A stretch of DNA of 64,000 nucleotides, taken from Prevotella sp. Its GTDB lineage: Bacteria; Bacteroidota; Bacteroidia; Bacteroidales; Bacteroidaceae. The notes beneath the pieces are model-generated. The model saw only the letters and a program-made list of their open reading frames with translations, was not told the origin of the DNA and ran no database searches. The stretch spans positions 6,744 to 70,743 of the forward strand of contig JAFUSV010000001.1 in the NCBI GenBank assembly GCA_017467565.1. The letters run 5' to 3'. A program made the position numbers and the translations under genes. Every line of letters starts with the position of its first letter. Position 1 is the stretch's first letter. Below, piece after piece: positions 47,460 to 57,086 of the stretch.

Positions 47460-50400
47460 TCAGAACGTCAGGTTCAGACCGAAGGTGAAGTTGCGTGCCT
47501 GAGGATAGTTACCGTGATCGACTCCCATGTAGAGATTGTTGGACTCCGAACCGCTGTTGCGGCCTACCTCGGGATCCAGTCCGTTGTACTTGGTGAAGGT
47601 CAGCAGGTTGTAGGCCGAGATGTAGGCCTGCAGCCCCTGCAGATGGAGTTTGCTGACCAGATGCTGTGGTACGTTGTAGCTGAGTCGCACATCCTTCAGA
47701 CGCATGTAGGAGCCGTTCTTGACATAGAAGTCGCTGGCACGGTAGTTCTTGGAGTTGTCGGCCTGACGCAGGTCGGGAACAGTGGCCGATGGGTTGGCGG
47801 GCCAGAAGGAGCGGTTGGCCACATAGTCGCCAGCCCAGTGGTTCTGACGCAGCTCGGTATAGACATTGCCTGTGCCGTGATTGGAGTTCAGGTAGTACTC
47901 CATGACATTGAAGATGTCGTTGCCCACCTGTCCCTGCAGGAACACGCTGAGTTCCAAGTCCTTGTAGCCGAAAGTCATGGGCACGCCGAAGGTGAAGTCG
48001 GGATGGGGTGAACCCAGATAGGTGCGGTCTTCGGAGTCAATCTTTCCGTCGTTGTTCAGGTCCTTGAAACGGAAGTCGCCAGGCTTGGTGACACCGTCGT
48101 TCTGGGCAGAGTGCTCAATCTCGTCCATATTCTGGAAGATGCCGTCGGTGACATAGCCGAAGAAACAGGCGATGGGCCGGCCCACCTCGGTCTTGGTGAC
48201 ATAGTTCAGGATGCTGTTCTCACTGAGGTAGGCACCATAGACGGGCTCGTTGCCAGTGCCCAGGGACACCACTTTGTTCTTATTGAACGAGATGTTGAAG
48301 CCCACCTCGTAACGGAAGTCCTTGCCCACCCGGTCTTTCCAGGCCATCTGAATCTCGAGTCCCTTGTTATCTACCGAACCGGCATTGACCATAGGTGCCG
48401 TCACCAGTCCTGCGGCATTGGTGACAGGAACATTCAGCAGCATGTCGTCGGTGCGCTTGGTATAGAGCTCGAAGCTGGCCGTCAGCCGGTTGTCGAGGAA
48501 GCCGAGGTCAAGACCGATGTTGTACGACTTGGTCTTCTCCCACTTGATATGGTCGTTGCCCATCGAGGTGGCAGCGACACCCGACTGGGTGACGTGGGCG
48601 CCGGTGCCGTAGGAATAGTTCAGGTCGTTGTTCAGTATGGTGTAGCGGGCATAGTCGCCAATGCGGTTGTTACCCAGAATACCCCATCCCAGGCGCAGCT
48701 TACCGTTGCTGAGCCACTTGAGCGACTCCATGAAGGGCTCGTTGAAGAAGCGCCATCCTACGGATGCTGAGGGGAAATAGCCCCAGCGCTCGTTCTTGTG
48801 GAACTTCGACGAGGCGTCGGCACGGAAGTTGACCTGTAGCAGATAGGTGTCGTTGAAGCTGTAGTTCACACGTCCCAGGAATCCCAGGGCCGACCACTCG
48901 GTGAGTCCTCCCGACGTGCGGTCGCCGAAGAAGGCGGCCGAGAGGTAGCGCAGGTTCTCCTCGTTCGACGAGGTGCCCTGCTTCGAGGCCGAGATATTCT
49001 CAATGCTCTGCTGCTCGGCTGTCTGACCGGCAGTGATGCCGATATTGTGTGCTCCTGTCTTCATCTGGAATGTCAGCAGGTTGTTGACTTCCCACTTGTT
49101 GGTCTTTCTCGACACGCGATTCACCGATGTCATATCGTCGGGAATGACAAATTCCTCCTCCAGCTTGTTGACCTCGCCAAAGCCATAGGTGTTGTAGAAG
49201 TTGGCGTAGTCGGAGAACTTGAACTGGTAGGTGAGGTACTTGTTGATGTTGGCCGTCAGGTCGATGTTGGCATCGATGCGGTTGGACTTGGCCTGGTTGT
49301 GGTTCCTGGCCAGCTGTGCCAGCGGATGGTCCTCAGTCCAGTAGCCCTTGGTATTGTACGTGCAGACGAGGGGACTCTGGTTGAGGGCCCGCTTCAGCAC
49401 CGAGTTCTGACCTTCGCTGATGAGCGAGCGGTCGTCGGAGGTGTAGAGCAGCGAGGTGCGCAGCGACAGCCAGCGCGTCAGCTTGTTGGTGAGGTTCATG
49501 CGGAGCGAGACACGCTCGTAGTCGGAGGTACGCACCACACCGTTCTCGCCGTAGTAGTTGCCGCTGACCATGAACTTGGTCTTGTCGGTGCCGCCACTGA
49601 CTGAGAGGTTGTACTGGTGCTTGAAGCCAGTGCGGGTGACGGCCTTCCACCAGCTGTCGGGGCTGTTGGCCGAGATGGAGTCCAGACGGTGCTTCTTGCC
49701 TTCGTCAAAATAATAGTTGCCCTCGGCGTCCTTGCTGTAGTAGAGCTGGCCGTCGGAGGAGTAATTGCTCAGACCGGTATTGTAGTCGCGCATCAGTGCA
49801 AAGTCCTCCACACCCATGACCTTAATCTCCTTCCAAGGGTTGGAGATGCCCCAGTAGGTGTCGAGGGTGATCTTCATCTTGCCCGACTGTCCGCCCTTGG
49901 TAGTGATGAGCACTACACCATTGGCGCTTCGGGCACCATAGATAGAACTGGAGGCGGCATCCTTCAGCACCTCGACGTTCTGGATATCGTAGGGGTTCAG
50001 GTGGTCGATGTTGTTCACAATGAATCCATCGACGACATACAGCGGGTCAGAGTCGTTGACAGTGCCTGTACCACGGATCTTGATGGTGGTACTGCCGCCA
50101 GGGGCACCGGTGTTGGTCATCACCTGCACGCCGGCAGCACGGCCTGCCAGAGCCTGCACGGTATTGGCAACAGGGGCTGCGGTGAGGTCCTTGGCACTGA
50201 CGGTAGAGATGGCACCGGTGACGTCGCTCTTGCGCTGCACACCATAGCCGATGACCACCACGTCGGACAGCTCCTGCGATGTCTCCTTGAGGACAATACG
50301 CATGTTGGCCGAGGCCTTCACGCTCTGCGTGGCATAGCCCATGTAGCTCACCTTCAGGGGTGTACCAACACTGACGTTGAGGGTGAACTCACCGTCAATG

Positions 50401-50555
50401 TTGGTAATGGCTCCAGTATGACCTTTCTCGGTCACCACAGTAACACCCATCAGGGGTTCCTGTGTCGCCTCATCGACCACAACACCTTTCAGGCCCTGTC
50501 CCATTGCTATCATGGCAATGCATAGCAACGAGCATAAGCTGAGAAGTCTTTTCAT
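47460..50555 (-). CDS. susC: SusC/RagA TonB-dependent transporter (PUL-A)
   Basis: VVVIGYG, PLYVVDG, LKDAASSSIYGARSANGVVLITTK, YPQARNFTFGLNLTF. Confidence 0.97.
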   Translation of the reverse strand: MKRLLSLCSLLCIAMIAMGQGLKGVVVDEATQEPLMGVTVVTEKGHTGAITNIDGEFTLNVSVGTPLKVSYMGYATQSVKASANMRIVLKETSQELSDVVVIGYGVQRKSDVTGAISTVSAKDLTAAPVANTVQALAGRAAGVQVMTNTGAPGGSTTIKIRGTGTVNDSDPLYVVDGFIVNNIDHLNPYDIQNVEVLKDAASSSIYGARSANGVVLITTKGGQSGKMKITLDTYWGISNPWKEIKVMGVEDFALMRDYNTGLSNYSSDGQLYYSKDAEGNYYFDEGKKHRLDSISANSPDSWWKAVTRTGFKHQYNLSVSGGTDKTKFMVSGNYYGENGVVRTSDYERVSLRMNLTNKLTRWLSLRTSLLYTSDDRSLISEGQNSVLKRALNQSPLVCTYNTKGYWTEDHPLAQLARNHNQAKSNRIDANIDLTANINKYLTYQFKFSDYANFYNTYGFGEVNKLEEEFVIPDDMTSVNRVSRKTNKWEVNNLLTFQMKTGAHNIGITAGQTAEQQSIENISASKQGTSSNEENLRYLSAAFFGDRTSGGLTEWSALGFLGRVNYSFNDTYLLQVNFRADASSKFHKNERWGYFPSASVGWRFFNEPFMESLKWLSNGKLRLGWGILGNNRIGDYARYTILNNDLNYSYGTGAHVTQSGVAATSMGNDHIKWEKTKSYNIGLDLGFLDNRLTASFELYTKRTDDMLLNVPVTNAAGLVTAPMVNAGSVDNKGLEIQMAWKDRVGKDFRYEVGFNISFNKNKVVSLGTGNEPVYGAYLSENSILNYVTKTEVGRPIACFFGYVTDGIFQNMDEIEHSAQNDGVTKPGDFRFKDLNNDGKIDSEDRTYLGSPHPDFTFGVPMTFGYKDLELSVFLQGQVGNDIFNVMEYYLNSNHGTGNVYTELRQNHWAGDYVANRSFWPANPSATVPDLRQADNSKNYRASDFYVKNGSYMRLKDVRLSYNVPQHLVSKLHLQGLQAYISAYNLLTFTKYNGLDPEVGRNSGSESNNLYMGVDHGNYPQARNFTFGLNLTF

Positions 50556-52423
50556 AACGTAATCTTTACAGTGACTTCACGACCTGACTGTGTGGCAACC
50601 TTGACAACATAGACACCATTGAGCATGCCGATGGTGGGAACAACCACCTCTGTACCTACGTGCTTGACATTGGCAAGCGTACGGCCTGAGAGGTCACAGA
50701 TCTGATAGCCCTTCACGCCTTCCGAGGCCTTCAGGGTGAGCGAGCCGGCATTGCGCTTGATGGTAACATCCGACTTGCCGTTGTCCTTGACAGCATGGAT
50801 AGCCGTGGCAAGACCGTTATAGACATTCGACATACCATCGAAGTCGAGCTCCATGGAGGGCATATCCTTATCGGGATCGAAGTTGGGCTTGCGATAGTGG
50901 TACTTAAACAGGCGCGGATAGGCCACGGAGGTGAACACGAGGTCGTTGTTGAAGTTGCGCAGCGTGTGCACATAGTCGATGCCCTCGGCCAGATCCATCA
51001 CCAGCACAGGCATCTCGTCGGCTTTGTTGTCCAGACGGAACAGCTCCCAGGTCTGTGTACCGGCAGGTACTTGGTTCTGTCCGCGGAAATACATCGAACC
51101 GCCGCAGACGGTGCCCTCCCACTGTGCACCGGCACCCGTGCCCGGATTCAGGTCGCTGTGCATGCCCGAGCCTTCGGGAGTACCGTCGGTATAGAAAAGC
51201 TCCAGACCACGGCAGAAGTCGTACGAGGTGTTTACTCCCCACTGGCCCTTACCCCATACATAGCCGTCGAAGACGCAGTAGGGGAACACGTCGGGCGTAC
51301 CACTATTGGTACCAGTGGCGTTGGGTACCTTGTTGATGTCGAGCACCAGCGAGGTGCCTTCCTTGGTGCCGTCGGTACGAATCAGCTCTATACCATACGA
51401 GTTGTCGGGCGACATACCACGATAATAGACATAGTCGCCCATGACGCAGGTGGTGAACACACCGTCACCGTTCTTGATGCCATTGGCATTCTCGCCCTCG
51501 GTGAAGTCACCGATGCAGCGCGTACCCTCCAACGTGCCGTCGGAGTACCACGGCTCGGAACCGTATTCAGCCGACACAGCCTTGAAGAAAAGCCACTGGT
51601 TGTTCACGTTCGTCATCCAGTCGATCTGGGCACTGTTGGTCTTGCCCGTGTTCTCATCGACGACGGTCGTATTGATATCGCCCAGCATGATAGTGCCTGC
51701 CTCGGTACCGTCGGTCACCCACAGCGTCTCGGTGAACTCACCGTCCTTCGTGTCGCCCTTGAAGAACACCTTGCGACCTACGCGGCAGAAGTGGTACTGG
51801 TCGTTAGTCGTGTGCGTGCCAGGATATTTCACCCAGCAGTCCTTCAGCAGCTTAGTGCCCTCAGGGGTACCGTCACTCACCCACAGCCAGCGCTGTTCCT
51901 CGTCACCGTAGGTCATACTCTCGAAGTCGATGGCACCGAAGATGAACTGTGTCTCGTTCACCTGCGTGAAACCGGCAGGGTTGGAGTCGCCAATCTCGTT
52001 GATGTCCTTCAGCATGTAGGTGCCGGCCTCTGTGCCGTCCGATATCCACAGCTCACAGCCGTCCTCGTCGTTGCCCGTGGCCTGGAACACCACTTTGTCG
52101 TTGAAACGGGTGATGTACTGCACGTTCGAGCTGACGGCGCCAGGGTAGATGTCTTTCACCATCTTCGTGCCGGCAGGCGTTCCGTCCGACACCCATAGTT
52201 CTTCGCCGTGAGTATCTTCCTTGGCAGTGAAGAATACCTTCCATCCAGCTTGTGCACTGCCGGAAATGACAATATTCTTCGACTTGTCAAAGGAACGGTC
52301 GGTCATTGTGGTTACTGTCACACCCTCAGGTGTAAGCATCTCCATGCCCTCGGGCAACGTCTGGGCTTTCGTGCCGACACTAGCGGCAATACCCATTGCT
52401 AAAAGTAAAAATGTCTTTCTCAT
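50552..52423 (-). CDS. ELWxxDGT-repeat beta-propeller protein with T9SS tail
   Basis: ELWVSDGTPAGT, ELWISDGTEAGT, LWVSDGTPEGT, LWVTDGTEAGT, PWYSDGTLEGT; DLSGR...GVYVVKV tail. Confidence 0.9.
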   Translation of the reverse strand: MRKTFLLLAMGIAASVGTKAQTLPEGMEMLTPEGVTVTTMTDRSFDKSKNIVISGSAQAGWKVFFTAKEDTHGEELWVSDGTPAGTKMVKDIYPGAVSSNVQYITRFNDKVVFQATGNDEDGCELWISDGTEAGTYMLKDINEIGDSNPAGFTQVNETQFIFGAIDFESMTYGDEEQRWLWVSDGTPEGTKLLKDCWVKYPGTHTTNDQYHFCRVGRKVFFKGDTKDGEFTETLWVTDGTEAGTIMLGDINTTVVDENTGKTNSAQIDWMTNVNNQWLFFKAVSAEYGSEPWYSDGTLEGTRCIGDFTEGENANGIKNGDGVFTTCVMGDYVYYRGMSPDNSYGIELIRTDGTKEGTSLVLDINKVPNATGTNSGTPDVFPYCVFDGYVWGKGQWGVNTSYDFCRGLELFYTDGTPEGSGMHSDLNPGTGAGAQWEGTVCGGSMYFRGQNQVPAGTQTWELFRLDNKADEMPVLVMDLAEGIDYVHTLRNFNNDLVFTSVAYPRLFKYHYRKPNFDPDKDMPSMELDFDGMSNVYNGLATAIHAVKDNGKSDVTIKRNAGSLTLKASEGVKGYQICDLSGRTLANVKHVGTEVVVPTIGMLNGVYVVKVATQSGREVTVKITL

Positions 52424-52513
52424 AATTAAAATGTTTTTTAGTTAATACTATACAGTTAGTCTGGTAATATTTCCTTCGCAGCCCCTTAGCCTAGGGGTCA
52501 TTGACTTTTCCGC

Positions 52514-52558
52514 TGCAAAGATAGGCATATTCTCTAGATGTCCTCAGCAATATTGTTC
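52514..52558 (-). promoter_or_regulatory. PUL-A operon promoter with candidate HTCS box
   Basis: TATCTTTGCA (52523-52514) and GAACAATATT (52558-52549). Confidence 0.6.
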
Positions 52559-52709
52559 TGAAAAAAAGGAAAAACAGACCGAACTGAAAAACATTACTAA
52601 TCCTTATAGTTAAAAGCGCATTTACTCCGAGAGAGTGGTCTTCTTCCTGGGAGTAAGTGATACACTCTCTTTGAGCACCCGTCATCAGATAGGTTTGACA
52701 CAAGAAACG

Positions 52710-52793
52710 TCACACGTCCCAGACGTTGTAGGTGCGCGCGGCGGCATTGCTGGCATCGCCGTTGGTTTCGGGCGTGTCGAAGGTGACGGTACG
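52710..52793 (-). pseudogene. 5'-truncated copy of the 57-aa peptide gene
   Basis: Encodes RTVTFDTPETNGDASNAAARTYNVWDV*; nearly identical DNA to ~30509-30588. Confidence 0.75.
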
Positions 52794-52857
52794 GAACACA
52801 TTTTTACCGCCATTTTTGGACAAATGGACGGGGTGGGTGGTTGAGGAAATGACACAA

Positions 52858-52993
52858 AGAGAAAAGGCCCCTCTTCGCAGAGGAGCCTTCGCTTGCTAAC
52901 GATTCTTTTAACTAAAAACCTTGCTAACTAACTAATATCCTTAAAAACAACTAATACTTGTGTGATTATGCTGTTCCCTCGTCTATGATTACG
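52858..52993 (-). ncRNA. Candidate ~135-nt U-rich small RNA
   Basis: Own promoter TACCTTTGCA (53005-52996), no ATG, TTAG-rich body, terminator AGGCTCCTCT-GCGA-AGAGGGGCCT-TTT. Confidence 0.65.
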
Positions 52994-53060
52994 AGTGCAA
53001 AGGTAGGCTTTTTTTGCGTCACCGGCAGGCAAAATTGTTCAAAATATCAGCACAATTGTG

Positions 53061-56000
53061 CTAACGGTATTCCGAGGGGTTCACTCCCAGGTGCTTCTTG
53101 AAGGTCTTTGAGAAGTAGTTGGGGTCAGAGAAGCCCGTAGCGTAGGCCGTCTCGCTGACATTGTAGCCCTGACGCAGCATCTGGCACGCACGGTCGAGGC
53201 GCTTCTTGCGGATGAAGTCGCCCATGGACAGGCCTACCAGCGACTTCATCTTGGTGTGGAGCAGGCTGCGGCTGACCAGCAGCGCGCGGGTGATGTCGCC
53301 CACGGCAAAGTCGCTGTTGCCCAGGTTGTGGTCTACCAGCTCGTTGATCTGGCGGATGAACTGCTTGTCGAGCTCGCTGAGCGTGGTGGCGTCGATGTCC
53401 GACTGGTCGGTGGCTTGCTGCACCTGCGTCTGCCGTTTCTTCTGCAGCTGCATGATGTTCTTGATCTGCAGTGCGAGGGCTTCGGGTTCGAAGGGCTTGG
53501 CTACGTAGGCCTCGGCCCCGCTGCGGTAGCCTGCCACGACGTCGGCGGTGTCGCTCTTGGCGGTGAGCAGTATGACGGGTATGTGCGAGGTCTCCATCGA
53601 TTGCTTCAGCGACTGGCACAGCTCAATGCCGTCCATCAGGGGCATCATCACGTCAGAGACGACCATGTCGGCAGCCTGTGAGCCGATGATGTCGAGGGCC
53701 TCGCGGCCGTTGGTCGCCGTGAGCACGTGGTATTCCTTAGAGAAATAGGTGCGCAGGTAGTCCAGCATGTCGGCATTGTCCTCGACGATGAGCAGCGTCT
53801 CAGCCTGACCTTCCGTAAGTGCGCTGTCGGTATCTCCGTCGGCCGTGGCATGGGGTGTGGTGATGAGCGAAGCCTCCTTGAACTCGTACTTCTCTACGGG
53901 CACGATGACCTTCTCGCCGGTGAGCAGGCTCTTCTCGGGGAAGGCGGCCTGATCCACACACAGGCGGCAGGTGAACGAGGAACCGTGGCCCAGCTCGCTG
54001 TCGACGGCCATGCTGCCTTTGTGCACCTCGGCCAGTCGCTTCACCAGCGAGAGTCCTATGCCCCATCCGCTGTTGTTCACGTTGTGCCCGCGCTTGGTCT
54101 GGTAGTAGCGGTTGAAGATGTTCTGCAGCTCCTCCTTGGCAATGCCTATGCCAGTGTCGGAAACCGAGAAGCACAGGTAGGTCAGGTGGTCTGCCTCCTC
54201 GATGCTGGCTTTGACGCTGACGCTGCCGCCCTGGGGGGTGAACTTCAGGGCGTTGGAGAGCAGATTGTTGAGAATGCGCTCTGCATAGTCGGGCGAGAAC
54301 CACACCTCCTCGCCGTTGTCCTCGGTGACGACCGACAGTTGCAGTCCGGCATCGCGGGCAGCGTCAGCGAAGGCATGAACGCCGCGTTCGATGAACTCCA
54401 GCGGGTTGCCCTGCTGCACGTAGAAGGGGAACTGGTCGGTCTCTATCTTGTTGAAGGTCACCAGCTCGCCAATGAGCGACTCCATCTTACGGGTGTTCTT
54501 GATGGCCATGGACAGATGACCGCGGGCCTCGTCGCTGAGCTCCTGCTGGGCTATGCTGCGCAGTGGGGCTACGATGAGCGACAGCGGCGTCTTCAGCTCG
54601 TGGGAGACGGTGGTGAAGAAGTCAAACTTAGCGCGGTCCACCTCCTCGATCTTGGCTTTCTCCATGCGTGCCAGCTGCACCTCGTTGCGCGACTTCATGC
54701 GGCCATTGACGATGCGCCAGGCCAGATAGACCAGCAGGGCAAGGAGCAGGCCATAGACGAGGAAGGCCCATGTGCTGAGGTAGAATGGTGGCCGCACGAT
54801 GATGGTGAGTATGCGCTGGGGCATGCTGTCCCAACCGTCATTGCTGGTGTTGGCACGCAGGTGGAGGCGGTAGGTGCCGGGACGCAGGTTGAAGCCGTTG
54901 AAGCGGCGCTCGCTGCCTACGTTGCGCCATCCGCGGTCGATGCCCTCGACCCACAGCTGGTACTCCACGGAACTGTTCTGTCCAGGCTCGATGACGTTGT
55001 AGTGGAGCGTGAAGGAACGTGCCTGGTCGTGACTCAGCGTGATGGTGTCGGTGTCGTCGATATGGCGGCTCAGCGGGCTGTCGTCGCCACGGGCTGTCAC
55101 AGCCTGGCCGTTGATAGTCAGCTGCGAGAGGTGAACGGCGAGTGGCTGGCGCGTCTTGATGCTCTTGTCGGCGGTGCCGAGGGTGACCAGTCCGTTGACG
55201 GTGCCGAAGTGCATGAGCCCGTCGGCAGAGAGCAGTGCCGATGAGAAGTTGAACTGGTTGGTGGGCAGTCCGTCCTGGGTGGTGTATCGCTTCAGCGACT
55301 TCTGCCTGAGGTCGTAGCAGTAGAGTCCTCGCCCCGTAGTGATCCAGAGATGGTGGCTGTCGTCCTCGCACAGTGCGCAGATAGTGGCATTGCCCAGCTG
55401 TGCGTCGATGTCGAAGGGCAGGGGCTTGTCATGGTGAGCCTCCATGTATTGCAGTCCGCTGTTGTTGGTGCCTATCCAGAGTCTTCCGTCAGAGTCTTGA
55501 CAGAGGCAGGTGATGTAGTTGTCTTTCAGTCCTGACGGCTGACGGGTCCAGTGGCGCGAGCTGCCTGTATTGGTGTCTATGCAGAAGAGTCCGGCATTCG
55601 ACGTGCCCGCCCAGAGGCGTCCGTCGCCGTCGGCACAGAGACAGTAGACGAAGGTCGTGTTGAGTTGCTCGTCGGCCGTCTTCTCGAAGCGGTCGGCCGC
55701 GGGGTCGTAGCGTCGCAGTCCCTGCGTCGTGGCTATCCAGAGTCGGCCCCGGCTGTCGCGTGCGAAGTCGAAGATGGCATCCGACGGCAGTCCGTGGGTG
55801 AACAGGTAGCTGCGCATGGTGCCCGATGGCAGGTGGTAGCGGAAGAGGCCGCGGCGGAAGGTGCCTATCCACATCTCCTGCCCTGCCTTGTCGTAGTGGA
55901 GGGCGTGGACGTTGGTGCCCAGCGCGTCGGCATGGGCCGTGAAGGGAGCGAAGCGCCGCGTGCGGGTGTCATAGATGTTGATACCGGCATCTTCGGTGGC

Positions 56001-57086
56001 CAGCCAGATGGCGGGCGATGACTGTCCGTGGGTGGCTACCTCGGCCATCTGGCGCACCACCTTGCCGTGCAGCTGGCCGTCGGCATAGCTGGGTTCGGCC
56101 CATTCAAACTGTCGGCTGGCCTTCAGCAAGATGTCTACGCCACCGAAGTAGCTGCCTATCCACAGGTTGCCGTGGCGGTCGTTCATGATGCAGTAGATGG
56201 CATTGTCGCTGAGCATGGTGGGCGACTGGAAACGATGCTGCACGATGTCGGTGGTGCCGTCGGGGTGAATGACGGTGATGCCCTTTTCCGTACCCAGCCA
56301 GATGTTGTGGTCGTTGTCCTCGGTGATGGTACGTACGATGCCGTTGGACAGCTCCTGGGGCTGGTAGATACGTGTGACGCCGCTCTTGAGGTCGATGCGC
56401 ATGACGCCCTGTCCGTTGCGTCCCAGCCACAGCATGCCCTGGTGGTCGAAGGTCATGGGTATGATGCCGTCGATGCCGGTGGTGAAGGCCTCGTAGTAGC
56501 GGGAATCCAGTCGTGTAATCTTGGTCAGCGAGGCATCGTAGGAATAGATGGAGGTGTTGCTGGCCACGTAGACCTGGTCGTCGGGGCTGACGGTCATAGA
56601 CACGATGAAACCTATCTCGAGCGCAGGGTACTGTACGAAGGAGTCGCTCTCTTCGTCGTAGACGCTGAGGTTGTCGCCACCGCCTATGATGCGGCCCTGC
56701 GACGTCTCAACGAGGCTGAGCACGTGCTCCGTGCCGTCGTGATAGGTGGCAAAGTCGTCGGTGGCAGGGCGGTAGCGGCTGATGCCCAGTTCGGTACACA
56801 CCCATATTCGTCCCTTGCGGTCGCAGTGTATCACCTTGACGAAGTTGTTGCTCAGCGAGTGGGGGTCCTCGTCGTCGTGGAAGTAGGTGTGCATCTCGTA
56901 GCCGTCGTAGCACACCAGTCCGTTGCGTGTTCCTATCCAGATGTTGCCTTTCCGGTCCTGCGCCATGGTCTCTACCTGCTGGTGGGGCAGTCCGTCCTGA
57001 CTGCTGAGGTGGCGGAAGCGGTAGTTGGCCGAAGCACAGAATATAAAGATGTAGAGAAAAGTCAGTATGGACAGGAGTCGTTTCAT
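53061..57086 (-). CDS. Hybrid two-component system (HTCS) regulator B
   Basis: Same architecture as HTCS A: VSHELKTPL, NLLSNALKFT, SDVMMP, GFSDPNYF. Confidence 0.95.
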   Translation of the reverse strand: MKRLLSILTFLYIFIFCASANYRFRHLSSQDGLPHQQVETMAQDRKGNIWIGTRNGLVCYDGYEMHTYFHDDEDPHSLSNNFVKVIHCDRKGRIWVCTELGISRYRPATDDFATYHDGTEHVLSLVETSQGRIIGGGDNLSVYDEESDSFVQYPALEIGFIVSMTVSPDDQVYVASNTSIYSYDASLTKITRLDSRYYEAFTTGIDGIIPMTFDHQGMLWLGRNGQGVMRIDLKSGVTRIYQPQELSNGIVRTITEDNDHNIWLGTEKGITVIHPDGTTDIVQHRFQSPTMLSDNAIYCIMNDRHGNLWIGSYFGGVDILLKASRQFEWAEPSYADGQLHGKVVRQMAEVATHGQSSPAIWLATEDAGINIYDTRTRRFAPFTAHADALGTNVHALHYDKAGQEMWIGTFRRGLFRYHLPSGTMRSYLFTHGLPSDAIFDFARDSRGRLWIATTQGLRRYDPAADRFEKTADEQLNTTFVYCLCADGDGRLWAGTSNAGLFCIDTNTGSSRHWTRQPSGLKDNYITCLCQDSDGRLWIGTNNSGLQYMEAHHDKPLPFDIDAQLGNATICALCEDDSHHLWITTGRGLYCYDLRQKSLKRYTTQDGLPTNQFNFSSALLSADGLMHFGTVNGLVTLGTADKSIKTRQPLAVHLSQLTINGQAVTARGDDSPLSRHIDDTDTITLSHDQARSFTLHYNVIEPGQNSSVEYQLWVEGIDRGWRNVGSERRFNGFNLRPGTYRLHLRANTSNDGWDSMPQRILTIIVRPPFYLSTWAFLVYGLLLALLVYLAWRIVNGRMKSRNEVQLARMEKAKIEEVDRAKFDFFTTVSHELKTPLSLIVAPLRSIAQQELSDEARGHLSMAIKNTRKMESLIGELVTFNKIETDQFPFYVQQGNPLEFIERGVHAFADAARDAGLQLSVVTEDNGEEVWFSPDYAERILNNLLSNALKFTPQGGSVSVKASIEEADHLTYLCFSVSDTGIGIAKEELQNIFNRYYQTKRGHNVNNSGWGIGLSLVKRLAEVHKGSMAVDSELGHGSSFTCRLCVDQAAFPEKSLLTGEKVIVPVEKYEFKEASLITTPHATADGDTDSALTEGQAETLLIVEDNADMLDYLRTYFSKEYHVLTATNGREALDIIGSQAADMVVSDVMMPLMDGIELCQSLKQSMETSHIPVILLTAKSDTADVVAGYRSGAEAYVAKPFEPEALALQIKNIMQLQKKRQTQVQQATDQSDIDATTLSELDKQFIRQINELVDHNLGNSDFAVGDITRALLVSRSLLHTKMKSLVGLSMGDFIRKKRLDRACQMLRQGYNVSETAYATGFSDPNYFSKTFKKHLGVNPSEYR

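Noticed and set aside
30509-52793. DGR template/variable repeat pair
   Set aside because: Mismatches are not adenine-specific (e.g. CGC/CGT, TCA/GCG) and no RT is present.
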